Source: Octopus bimaculoides
Taxonomy: Eukaryota
Length of the DNA stretch: 41,786 nucleotides
Assembly: GCF_001194135.2 (NCBI RefSeq)
Contig: NC_069000.1
Coordinates: forward strand, 5,652,976-5,694,761
Direction of reading: 5' to 3'
Part shown: positions 24,420 to 36,510 of the stretch, piece after piece
How the letters are laid out: each line of letters opens with the position of its first letter
Position numbering within the stretch: position 1 is the first letter of the stretch
Made by a program: the position numbers and the translations under genes
Notes under the pieces: generated by a model
Database searches by the model: none
What the model was told of the DNA's origin: nothing
The model's input: only the letters and a program-made list of their open reading frames with translations

Positions 24420-24810
24420 ATTGATCTAAGCGAGACAACTATGTCAATACCAGCTTATTTTCAGAAGAGGCATTCACGACTTATCATCCAAAACATCCAT
24501 CCTTCGTATTTTCATAATGATTGCATCATGTGATTCGAAAGACATTTTAGCTGCGTTATCTAGCAATAAAAGCGAGCACACGCACAGAACTTCTAAGGTT
24601 CATGCTGTAACCAGAGTTCAACTGTGCTCAAGCAGACCTGATCTAGGCAATCCACCCGCTTATTTTCAGATAAGGCATTTGCGACTATTTTCAAAAAATT
24701 TATCCCCCGTATTTTTATAACATCGGCATCACATGGATTGAAAGAAATTTTAACTGTGTTGTCTAGCAATAAAAATGAGCACACACAGAGCTTCTAAATT
24801 TCATGATGTA
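24420..24810 (+). repeat. Diverged tandem duplication, about 215-220 bp period (two units)
   Basis: Paired blocks GATCTA.GC, GCTTATTTTCAGA..AGGCATT and TCTAGCAATAAAA..GAGCACAC.CA..AG..CTTCTAA..TTCATG.TGTA occur twice. Confidence 0.8.
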
Positions 24811-25608
24811 TAAATATATTTATTATCAGAGGCCACTAAGAGTTGTATTTTTTTAACATTTACGCAGTGTAAATCCTGTTGATAGCAGAGGAGATAGTGG
24901 AGGTTGCTTAAATATCTTTTCAACTCGTTATCTATCACAGAAGAATGTCTTATGGCCTGATCTGGTCGGGTCTGTTCTGTGCTGTTCCGATCTCTGCAGA
25001 TATCTTGGTTTCTTTCATTTTCCGTTTTGGTGAAGAATAGGGACAGTATTCTTGCTTCTTCCTTCTTCCTGATTTTTCCTTATCGTGTAGTGGGTACCAT
25101 CTGGCATCGTAAATCTTCGAAATTAGCTGAATAACAGTAGGGGGAAATTAAAACAGCGTTCGCATTAAAAAAAAAAGACAAAATGGTTGAATAGAAGAAT
25201 GAATACTTCAACAAAAATAATAAAAGACGAGAAAAAGTACAGTATGATAGAGAGGGGAGGAGGATGACGGTGGTGTGAGACAAAGAAAGAGGAGAAGAGA
25301 TATTAACTGAAGAAAGGAAAGGGAAGAGAAAAAAGGGGTTCATTTATCATAATGCAGGTTTAGGTATATCAATGTGGGTGCACATGCACTACTCTGAATA
25401 CGCGCACACACACACACAGACACTCACGTATATATATACACGCATCATGCACACATATACACACATGTATGTATAATATAAATAGATTGAGAAGAGGGAG
25501 CGAGAGAGAGAGAGATACACATACACATATATGTGTGTATATATATCTATATCTATCTAATCTCTCTCTATATATATATATGTATGCATGTATATATAAG
25601 TATATAAG

Positions 25609-25654
<46 letters not shown>

Positions 25655-26257
25655 TGTATGTATTATGTATATGTGCGACGCATGCGTGTATAATGTATAT
25701 ACGAGTTACAAGAGAATGAATGTACTCGTATTAAAATCGGGGAAGAGCATATGTTGATAATTATTGTAATCTCAGTTACTTCTCTCATAAGAAGATAGAA
25801 AGGAGTGTATAAACGTACGCACATGTGTGTGTGGGTGTGTTTGTACGTGTGCGTGCGTGTGCGTGTGTTTGCGTGTAAATGTAGGCATTTGTGTGTATAT
25901 ATTTATATTCACAAATAGATAAATATATGCATGAAATATATAGAAATATGTAAGTATATGTATATGTATGTGTGTATGTATATGTATATGTATATGTTAT
26001 TCACGTTTCTATTTCAAACGGTTCTTAGAATTCCATCTGTAGCAAAAACAGAAAAATAATAATCTGATTCTTTCTAACGAAGCGAAATTTCGGGAAAATG
26101 AGACTCTTGTTGAGATTCCTTGATTTCTTGTTAGAATCATGATAAAAGTGAAACAAATGCCATTACCTTTGGGGACGAATCAGTCATATACATATATGTG
26201 TGTACGTATGTATTCGTATGTATGTATGCATGTATGTATGTATGTACGTATGTATGT

Positions 26258-26800
26258 CATTATTCACTTTTATTTCAAGATATCTTGCCAATGGAGAAAA
26301 AGCCGGAATCTAACCGAGATCAAAAGCTCCTTCATTGGGATTTCAACATCAACAACGGGGTATTTGTGTATGTATGTATGTAGGTAGGTAGGTAGGTAGG
26401 TAGGTATGCATACGTGCATGCCTGCAAGTATGTATGAATGTATGCATATGTGCAGATTCGTATGTTCTATGAATGCATTATCATGCATATAGTTACATAT
26501 CTAAACATGCTCATATACAATTAAATGATAAACTTCTGGAAAGTTTTACAGATTTATACAGTTCCAGTGATGGATTGGATCTGTAGTCTTCGAATTAGCT
26601 TTCTCTTTTCTGGTTTTGAGAAGCCTAATTTCTCCAGACTGGTATTTAGGCAGTGTGTTACATATCCCAGGGCCCCAATAATTACAGGTATAAACCTGAA
26701 CTTGTAATCTGGATAGAGTAACTGCAGATTTCTCAATAGTTCATCGTAGGTGTTCTCTCTTTTACTTATCTTCAGCTTTGTTAACATCCCCTGGGCAGCT
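26258..26800 (-). mobile_element. 5'-truncated non-LTR retrotransposon with restriction-like endonuclease C-terminus (R4/Dong-like), 3' UTR and (CATA)n tail
   Basis: SCPGDVN (frameshift) KLKISKRENTYDELLRNLQLLYPDYKFRFIPVIIGALG...QSITGTV*ICKTFQKFII* matches the RLE C-terminal pattern (SCP..N..K..K..Y..L...P+++GALG). AATAAA lies at about 26269-26274, just before the tail. Confidence 0.85.
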
Positions 26801-26851
26801 GTATGTATGTATGTATGTATGTATGTATGTATGTATGTATGTATGTATGTA

Positions 26852-26972
26852 TGCGCAACCCTTTCTGTGCAATGTATGTCAGAAGGTCTGCAAATCTAAT
26901 GGAAGCCTCAAAAGACATTTTAAGATCCACAAAGATCAGAACTTATCTGCAGTTCTTGATGTGCCACTGTAA
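26852..26972 (+). mobile_element. C2H2 zinc-finger-coding fragment, probably the 3' end of a LINE ORF2 (RTE-like)
   Basis: PFLCNVCQKVCKSNGSLKRHFKIH is a complete C-x2-C-x12-H-x3-H finger. It is isolated between microsatellites and has a paralogous fragment at about 32395-32545. Confidence 0.6.
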
Positions 26973-26985
26973 TATATAACTATAC

Positions 26986-27047
<62 letters not shown>

Positions 27048-27067
27048 GCGTGTGTGTTTGTTATTTT

Positions 27068-27277
27068 TGTCTGTGTTTGTCCCTCCACCATCACTAGACA
27101 AACGATGTTGGTGTGCATATGTCGCCGTAACTTTGCGGTTCGGCAAAAAAGACCGATAGAATAAGTACTAGCCATACAAAGGATAAGTCCTGGGGGCGAT
27201 TTGTTTGACTAAAGGTGGTGCTCCAGCATGACCGGAGTCAAATGCCTGAAGCAAGTAGAAGAATAAAAGAATAAGAG
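27068..27277 (+). mobile_element. SINE family A, 3' half after a (TG)n tract
   Basis: GTTCGGCAAAAAAGACCGATAGAATAAGTACTAG..GACTAAAGGTGGTGCTCCAGCATG..GTCAAATG.CTGAA.CAAGTA.AAGA. Confidence 0.9.
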
Positions 27278-27648
27278 AATATATACTTCCGTACATACCG
27301 CCAATTAAGTATTTATCGTTATATACATATATGTATATGTGTGTATATTTATTAAGTATTCTGACGGTGAATGTAGTATACATGCATATGAGTCGTTCTG
27401 TTGGTATTTGTTTCTATAGACATCCATAATTGTGTATTTGTATCATCGTCCTTTGATGACTCATAAACTTGTCTTTAGTTTCTTTATGATTCTACAAATT
27501 TTGCGTTTATGATCATTAAAGCCACAACTACGGCTCTATTCAGAATACTACATTAAGATGTTATCTAGACATGGTTCTTAATATTCCAGCCGCCATCTTC
27601 AGAACGCACGTTCTTATTGCTTATTTCTTTAATTATCATTTGCGCCTC

Positions 27649-27871
27649 AAAGGCGGCAGGCTGCTAAGATCGCTAGGGCGCCGCGTAAAATGCTCGGCAG
27701 CATTTCGTCTGTCTTTAATACGTTCTAATTTCAAATTCCGTCAAGGTCAACTCAGACTTCTATCCTTTCAGAGCTGATCATATAAGTACCATTTGAGTAC
27801 TGGGGCCGATGTAACGAGCTAGCCCCTCTCCCAACATTTCTGGCCTTCCGCTTAAAGTAGAAAGGGTTATT
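27649..27871 (+). mobile_element. SINE family B, degenerate full length
   Basis: AAGGCGGCAGGCTG head, TTCAAATTCCG, TAAGTACCA.TTGAGTACTGGGG and tail AGTAGAAAGGGTTATT. Confidence 0.82.
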
Positions 27872-28547
27872 TGTACTAATCTATTTCCCTTCTCTTTAGC
27901 TCTTTATATTGCTTTCTTTTTCTTGCTTTTTTCCTTAATATTCAAAAAATACAAGAGCAGATTTGTTATCTGTAAACAAACAAATTCCTCGTGATACGCT
28001 TCTCACATTCAGTATAACTACAACGATATAATTATAACAGTACAATCATAACTGTGATTGTAATGCTACGTAAGAGCTTAAAATTTCCTGAAACAGCTGT
28101 AGAAATGAAGATTTTTTAATATCACTGATATTGCTCTCTATTGCTCTCTGTTATCCGTTCAAATGCTTTTCTCTATTCATCCGTTATCATCCATTCCGTA
28201 GCATGTATAACACTGTTCATGGATGTGCATTTTACCTGCGAATTTCCACCGGTTAATGCAATATATTATACTGAGCTGTAATATATTTGTTTGCGGTTAA
28301 GCACCACAACGTCAATTTGCGAGTGCATATGAACCTCATGACCTGTCTCGACCAACTATAAAGGAATATGATCACACGATTCTTAAGGAGGGAAAAATAA
28401 CAAAGAGAATAGATTTTTCCATTGCTAAGAAAAGGAAGATAAAAGGATTTAAGCGGTATTCAAACGATTCCTAAAAGAAAATCTAGACATTTATACCAGA
28501 GCATACACTCATAAAGAATACATACCTCCATTACTCTTGGCAATATT

Positions 28548-28621
28548 TTCTATCATCATCATCGTCATCATCATCATCATCGTCGTTATCATCATCATCA
28601 TCGTCGTCATTATTGTTATTA

Positions 28622-28671
<50 letters not shown>
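28548..28671. repeat. (ATC/GTC)n then (ATT)n microsatellite
   Basis: Directly visible. Confidence 0.96.
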
Positions 28672-28673
<2 letters not shown>

Positions 28674-28783
28674 GTATGCATGTGTATGTGTGCATACATA
28701 TACAGATATGCATATATCTATATTTTTATCAATCTATACACACACATACACACACACACACTACACACACACACACACACATT

Positions 28784-28833
<50 letters not shown>

Positions 28834-29099
28834 TCACATAGCTATACGTACATGTATGTGTATACATAGTAATATATACACAAATATAGAGGTAAGTAGA
28901 AAAATAGAGAGAGAGAGCGGGAAAGAGAGTGAGAGACAGTGAGAGAGAGAGAGGGGTCTACGAACAGTCATTAATAACATGCAATATGTATTCTTGTTGA
29001 TTGTTCGAAATTAATTAATTAATTAAACAACTGACGTGAATCCATTGACTCTATTCAATTATTAGTTCCATATTCAGATTTGTGATAATATAACGGCAG

Positions 29100-29886
<787 letters not shown>

Positions 29887-30300
29887 GTCGACAAAATAGA
29901 GTACAGGGAGAGGGTGACGAGGTGCTGATTTTTTTGTTGTACTTATTGGTCATGTTTGTGTTGTAGTTGTTAATAGATTTATAGTGGCTGCTATACCACA
30001 TGTTGATATTATTGATATTGTTGTTGGTACTGTTGTTGTTGTTGTGTCATCGTTAATATCGAGGTAGCTATTATTTGTTGCCGTTAAATGCACTAATTAT
30101 TATAGCTGTTGCTGTAGTCGTAGCTGTTGCAGTTGTTGTTGTTACGCTACTCATTATCTAAATTAGATTGGAACACTAAAAAGGAGGCTGACTCAGTCAA
30201 CACTGGATAACAAAGCAAAGCCGTTGTCTGCTGCGAAAGCTAAACAAATAGCTGATTGGATTTTAATAACAAACACACACACACCAATGCATACACGCAT

Positions 30301-30342
<42 letters not shown>

Positions 30343-31044
30343 CACATATATTCCCAGGAGTATAGACATAGTATATACGCGGAAAAATACATATATCACT
30401 ACGTGTAACCCTTGTATACATTTCTGTATGCACATTCATTCACATTGTACCTTGTACCACACGGAGATATGTACCTATATATGCATATATATATGAATGC
30501 ATACACACACACATGTATATGTGGTATGTAAGAATATATATATATATATATATATATATAAACATACATATATATATATGTGTGTGAGTTTATATGTATG
30601 TTCAGTTAGAGAGAGGGGGAGAAATGGGAAAATGCAAGACAAATAAAACCATTTTTTTTTTTGTTGACATATATTATATATTATTTTATTGACTTATTGT
30701 ATTTCATTTTAATTTCATTTATTTCATCATTACCATTATTATTTTTTTTTTTTCTTTCACATTTTAGCAAATTCGAACAAGCGATATTAAATTAGTTTAA
30801 TCGTCTGGCAAAAAGTCTTTTATATTCCTCTAACAAACAACAAAAACCTCAACCAGCTAATGGCTGCAAACTTTTAAAATCTCACACATAACGCACTTTA
30901 ATACATACATACATACATACATGCATACACCAAAAGGAAAAAAAAACAAATGCACGCACGCATACATGCACACCATTACGCGGTCTCACACAGATATAAT
31001 TATACATACGCAGCGTCGTCTCGTACGCACATAAAAAGAACGTT

Positions 31045-31091
<47 letters not shown>

Positions 31092-31300
31092 NNNNNNNNN
31101 NNNNNNNNNNNNNNNNNNNNNNNNNNNNNNNNNNNNNNNNNNNNNNNNNNNNNNNNNNNNNNNNNNNNNNNNNNNNNNNNNNNNNNNNNNNNNNNNNNNN
31201 NNNNNNNNNNNNNNNNNNNNNNNNNNNNNNNNNNNNNNNNNNNNNNNNNNNNNNNNNNNNNNNTATAACCTGCATAGGCCACTGCTAGAGATAAACTCAC

Positions 31301-31327
31301 AATGAGGCTGACACGCCACAATAAATC
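31301..31327 (-). CDS. Candidate 27-nt frame-preserving microexon (DLLWRVSLI, GFIVACQPH or IYCGVSAS depending on phase)
   Basis: Minus strand has a long U-rich tract ..tttgattaatctgttttctAG|GATTTATTGTGGCGTGTCAGCCTCATT|GTGAGT, with no stop in any frame. Confidence 0.4.
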
Positions 31328-31640
31328 CTAGAAAACAGATTAATCAAACAACAGAAACAAACAAACAAAAATGTAACAATAGCTTCTATTCCCTCACACC
31401 CATCTACCCACCACTCTTTATCAATTGCTGTAGCAGCTGAACTATATAGAACTTCACATGAGATGTTATATATATATATATATATATATGCATATATACG
31501 TATATGTATGCATACATATATATATACATACATATATCTAAACAAACACACACAAATTCATGTATGCATATGAAAGTATTTGTACATGAATATATACGTA
31601 TATATATGTGTGTGTGTGTGTGCGCACGTGTGTGAACATA

Positions 31641-31673
<33 letters not shown>

Positions 31674-32071
31674 ATATATATATATATTCTCATGGCATAT
31701 TACAATAAAACATGTTTAATGGAGATAATTTTTCTCATCAATTTTTAACAGGTAATTTGATGTCTATAGTTGCGTTTTAAAAATATATACATACCAAATT
31801 GTAAAATAGTTTTTGCAAATATATGTATATATATGTGTGTGTGTGTATGTATGTATGTTTATATGTATGTATTTATGTTTGCATGAACACAAATCGTATT
31901 ATATTTACTGTGACCTATAAATGTAACCATAGCGAATATTTCTTTCCCCTTTCTGGCCTCACTCGCTTACTGCCTTCCTCTTCTCTGCACATAGACGTTT
32001 TATAGAAAACATTAATATACAAGCATTGTATACCTATTATACCGAGAAAAAAAATGTTTTATTACATAAAT

Positions 32072-32130
32072 ATATAACTTTTATTCTTTAACTGTTTTCA
32101 GTCTTAGGCCTGCGACCGTATCGCCGCCTC
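32072..32130 (-). mobile_element. Degenerate 3' tail fragment of SINE family A
   Basis: TTTTATTCTTT..TGTTTTCAGTC....CTGCG.CC...CGCC resembles 11281-11340. Confidence 0.45.
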
Positions 32131-32394
32131 ATCTTCCAGGTTTCACACTTTTGTCTTGTTTTTAGCTAATCTCCGTCAATGTTTCTTTAGTAAAGAATTG
32201 TCTTGGATGTTAAAGTGTTACTAACTGAACAGACGTTTTACTCTGGTAAATATAAATGCAAATGCTAGTATAGACACGCACACACATTCATTCGAATGTA
32301 TACTTACATTGATAATATTCACACACACACGCACACATACATATATGTCAAAAGACTTCATACTCTGGCCCCTGTTCTTTCTGCCAGCCAGCAC

Positions 32395-32545
32395 GACGGT
32401 GCATCCTGCAATAAAATGCGCAAATCTTTAGCAGGGCTCAAAAGACATCTATGGGCCTCACACTGCGTTATCAATGACTCATTTCGATGATTCTTTCTAG
32501 CAAGGGCTTTGCTGGGAAACGGGAAAGCAGCCACTATATATATAC
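32395..32545 (+). mobile_element. Decayed LINE 3' fragment with C2H2 remnant (GASCNKMRKSLAGLKRHL)
   Basis: Shares CAAATCT-N9-CTCAAAAGACAT with 26852-26972 at identical spacing; two Cys positions are mutated. Confidence 0.55.
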
Positions 32546-34183
32546 TGTGTATATAGATAGAAAGATAGTGAGATAGAGAAATATATATATGGCGTTCACA
32601 AAATATTTTAACAATTTTTTTATATAACACAATAATAACATGTTATTATAAAAAATCTAAAAGGGCTATTTTTTAACATCAAATGACTAAGAGGGTCCAC
32701 CTGAGTAAAAGAGGAATAAAGGGATCCATAGGCAAAAATACTTTGCTGAGAAACATTGTATTAGGCTATCCCTTGATGTCTTTATCTTGTGTGATTAACA
32801 GATACACATTATAACGAAAGAAGACGTAATTGGTAGCTCGCTTTCATAGAAATCCCAGCTCAATCTACCACAGATTATATCATACCTCACATTGCACTAC
32901 ACGCAGCTATTTTTCCAAAAAAAAAAAGTGACACATTTGATAATATATTCCAAGATACATTAGAACTACATCATTTAGATAGTCCTCATCGAACAAATAA
33001 TACGGTTTGGTTACAGCTGGAACATATTGGATCATAGAATAGCTAATCACCTCAATTACAAAAGCTGAAGTAAGATGAGAAGACGTTTCAACAACAGCAA
33101 TTTTGAGAATTATTAAAATATTTTCTATATCATGTGAACCATATGAAACATGAAATAACAAGAACGTAATTCAGGAACGCCATTTTTTAAATTTTCTTTT
33201 AATATTTACTATAAGATATTTTAAGCAATCATTACGAGTACATTTATGGTATTCTATAGTGCAAGCTACCAGCATTAACATTATTGTTATGACGATAATT
33301 ACACGAAGTCACATCTAAATGCTTTCCAGTGCAGTTAAAATGCACTTACCACTGCAATGAAATGCAGTGAAATTAGAGACAATTATAATGAAATGCACCA
33401 TGATGTGCGTTTAACTCCCAGGTGTTGTTATTAGATGCATCAAATTGCAGTTAATTGCATAAATGCATTAAGCGTGTCGTCGACTTTCTTCTTATCATAT
33501 TACAGAATTGATGGTACCATGACAGAGCTATAACATTGTGTTCGACATGCCGGTAATGGCAGTTAAGTGTCCGTAAAATCGTCGTAAATCTTATTTTAAA
33601 AAATTGGAAGATGCACCAGTCAATGTTGTACACCTAGAAACACAATAACAATGTAAAAGCAAGCTGGAAAATCAGCGTTACAAACCTTTGGATTATGGCA
33701 ATTGCAAGGGTCAGAAATCAGTGAGGTAATTTCTGTTAGAAATAACAACCGGATAACCCTCAATATATTTTCCTGTCGTCTAAAAAAACTGAAAATGGAC
33801 ATCGGATACTAGATACTAGATACTAGAGCTAAGCTACATCTTGTTAATAATATGTCTTAATGAAAAAGTTTAAAAAATTACCGCCACAGAGCAAGTCATC
33901 CACGCCCCACAAAAAATAATCAGGGAAGAAACTTCAAAGTGACAGATTGTCCCTGATGAATGTCCCTTATGTATGTATGTATATATGTAATGAATGTATG
34001 AATGTATGTATGTATGTTTGTATGTATGTGTGCATGAATGTATGTATATGTATATATATATATATCTATCTNNNNNNNNNNATATATATGTATGTACATA
34101 TATAAGAGAGAGAGAGAAAGAGAGTGAATGAGTGAGTGATAAAGAAAGAAAGCTAACTCCTTTGCTAATTAGCTAGCCAGCTC

Positions 34184-34259
<76 letters not shown>

Positions 34260-34743
34260 CTAATATATATCATTTACAAGCACGAATTAAAAATAGGATT
34301 TCTCGTGGGACTCATATTTTGTATTAGACGTCTTCTCGGCGTCTGAAATTAAAATAAAATAATATAAAGAAATTCGTAAAATAAGAATAATTTAAAACCA
34401 ATTATACGAAGCACATAGATAGAAGTGGCTTTCTCTTATCTCTCTGAGTAATAATATACCATATTTAAAATTCGATGTTTATGACCAAATATATTCTTAA
34501 AATTACAAATAATTACAAATAATTGAATATTAATTTCATATGAATATAATGATATATTATAAAATGAGCGATAGCTCTGTCTGCCTATAGTTCTTGGGCA
34601 ATCGGTAATACGATGTTCCGGATGTGCCCAATACAGGGATCAAATGTTGCATGAGACATTTCGTTTTCTTTTAGTTATTTTGGTCATTTGTGCGTTTTGT
34701 CGGTTCTTGTCAATGTTTAATACCATTTATATATAAACATTGC

Positions 34744-34978
34744 GAAGGCGCGTGCTTTAGTGGTTAAGGTGCTACACTTCCGATCTTAAGATTGTGGTTT
34801 CGATTCCCACGCCAGCGGTGCGTTGTATTTTCTTTTTTTTTTTTTTTNNNNNNNNNNTTTTTTTTTTTTTTTTTTAGCAAAACACTTCATTTCATGTTGC
34901 ATCAATCTGTAAACGGTGCTGGGTTTAGGAGGAATGTTGGCCTGCTCATATAGCCTGCCGGGTGGCATCATTCGAAAG
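34744..34978 (+). mobile_element. SINE family C, interrupted by a poly(T) tract and a 10-N gap
   Basis: GAAGGCGCGTG.TTTAGTGGTTA head, B-box GGTTTCGATTCC, then GCGTTGT-poly(T)-TAGCAAAACACTTCATTTCATGTTGC. Confidence 0.8.
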
Positions 34979-35469
34979 TTACAACAATAGGTGGAAGCTG
35001 ATAGTCTGGTCGATACATTGATTTATAAATTTTAACTGTTTATTCATGATGATCTATTATGTTTGGACTGATTCTCCTTAGAAACATCGAAGTTAATGTT
35101 GCTCTTGCTAGAATTTGACATTTACGGTAAAACAGCTTATCAGATGTTGGTAGTGAAGTGACTGGGAAATTGTCTATAAACTTCATGTAATATCACCAGT
35201 TCTGCTTACCAAAAGTGGCCCACATGCACCGTGCATTCGTCGCAAAAACAATTTGTACGGCAAAGACAATTCGTAGCGGAGATTCGAAACCGAATTCCTA
35301 GATACGCGACCAGACATCACGACGAAACCACATTAGTTTCATGTGGTCGTTCTGTTAAACAACCATTCAGCGTAAAGAATTTTCTTCCTGTGTCCTATAA
35401 AAGGCCATTTTTGGTGTTAATTAACAGCAGAACGTTGAGACAGTCAAGTGAGAAGTGTGTTACCACACC

Positions 35470-35599
35470 AGACGACTCAAGAAGACGGCTCACGCAGACG
35501 ACTCACGCAGACGACTCACGAAGACGGCTCACGCAGACAACTCATGCAGACGGCTCACGAAGACGGCTCACGAAGACGGCTCACGCAGACCGTTCAGAC
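35470..35599. repeat. 13-bp minisatellite AGACGRCTCACGM, 9 units plus 1 degenerate
   Basis: Units start at 35470, 35483, 35496, 35509, 35522, 35535, 35548, 35561, 35574 and 35587. Confidence 0.95.
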
Positions 35600-35691
35600 A
35601 GTTCATTCGAGAGCCACCGTCACCACGAATATAACAAAACTGTTTCCAGTTATGTTGGGCAAGACATATGTACCTTGTATCAGCAGCTTAC

Positions 35692-35741
35692 CGTAAACTC
35701 CAAGCAGTATATATCTCCCAGTATGATCTTGTTGTTGTTAT
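35692..35741 (-). CDS. Candidate 50-nt exon (phase 1 to 0: DNNNKIILGDIYCLEFT; alternative frame ITTTRSYWEIYTAWSL)
   Basis: Minus strand reads tgactgtgtcggtcttttacAG|ATAACAAC...GAGTTTACG|GTAAGC, with a branch-like TGAC, a strong acceptor and a strong donor. Confidence 0.4.
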
Positions 35742-35799
35742 CTGTAAAAGACCGACACAGTCATATATATATATGACTTGTCGCCATGATCGACTGCTC

Positions 35800-36510
35800 G
35801 CCACTAACGCTTTTTTATTCTCCCTCTGTTTATTTTCTTGTGTTCTTTTTCTTCTTTCCTTCTACCCCTCCTCTTTCTTTGCCCCCCCCCCATCATTTAA
35901 TTCTTTTTCTCCTTGTTTTTTTATTTTATTTTCTACTTCATCTCACCCACCCCACACCCCGTTGAGCATTTCTTTTCAGGTTCCTCCTCTTCATTTTCCT
36001 CCGTCTCCTTTTTCTTCTTCGTCTTCTTTTTCTTTTTCTCTTTCTGCTACTAAAACTACTACTACTACTACGTCTTTGTCTTCGTCTTCTCCTCCTCCTT
36101 TTCCCGTTTTTTCTTATTCTAACTTTTAATTTAGTCATCACCATCATCACCATCATCATCATCATCACCATCGTCATTATCATCGCCATCATCCTATGTT
36201 ACTCCTCTTCTTTCTTCTTATTCTTTTTCGTCTTTCTTTCTCTAACTTCTTCCTCCTCCTCCCCCTCCACCTCATCGTCGTTATCTCTTCCTCATTTCTT
36301 CACCACTTCGTCATCCTAAATTCTTCAGTACTTCTCTTCTTTTAAAATTTCACCAGCCTACAGCTTCTCCTCCTCCTCTTCTCTTTTTCCTCTCCTACCC
36401 CCACCTCTGTTATCTTCATCTTCAACTTCCCTTCATCTACCTCCACCTCCTCTTTTCCTCCTTCAAAGTCGACTCTTCCTTCTCTTTTCCTTCTGCAATC
36501 ACTACTACTC
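35800..36510. repeat. Strongly pyrimidine-skewed low-complexity tract (CT/CTT/CAT-rich)
   Basis: Directly visible strand asymmetry. Confidence 0.9.

Noticed and set aside
24830-25135. Long stop-free minus frames (LISKIYDARWYPLHDKE... and MPDGTHYTIRK...)
   Set aside because: WD40- or C2-like resemblance is limited to a few residues, two frames compete, and there is no donor.
28058-28101. GAAACAGCTGTA resembling hammerhead stem III of Penelope-type ribozymes
   Set aside because: The CUGAnGA half of the core is absent; at most a fossil.
35470-35599. CRISPR-like appearance of the 13-bp array
   Set aside because: Units are contiguous with no spacers, are too short, have no cas genes nearby and sit in a eukaryotic context.
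35231-35776. 181-aa plus-strand ORF, the longest gap-free one
   Set aside because: Its length is helped by the stop-free 13-bp repeat, whose non-triplet period cycles through frames; no domain recognised.
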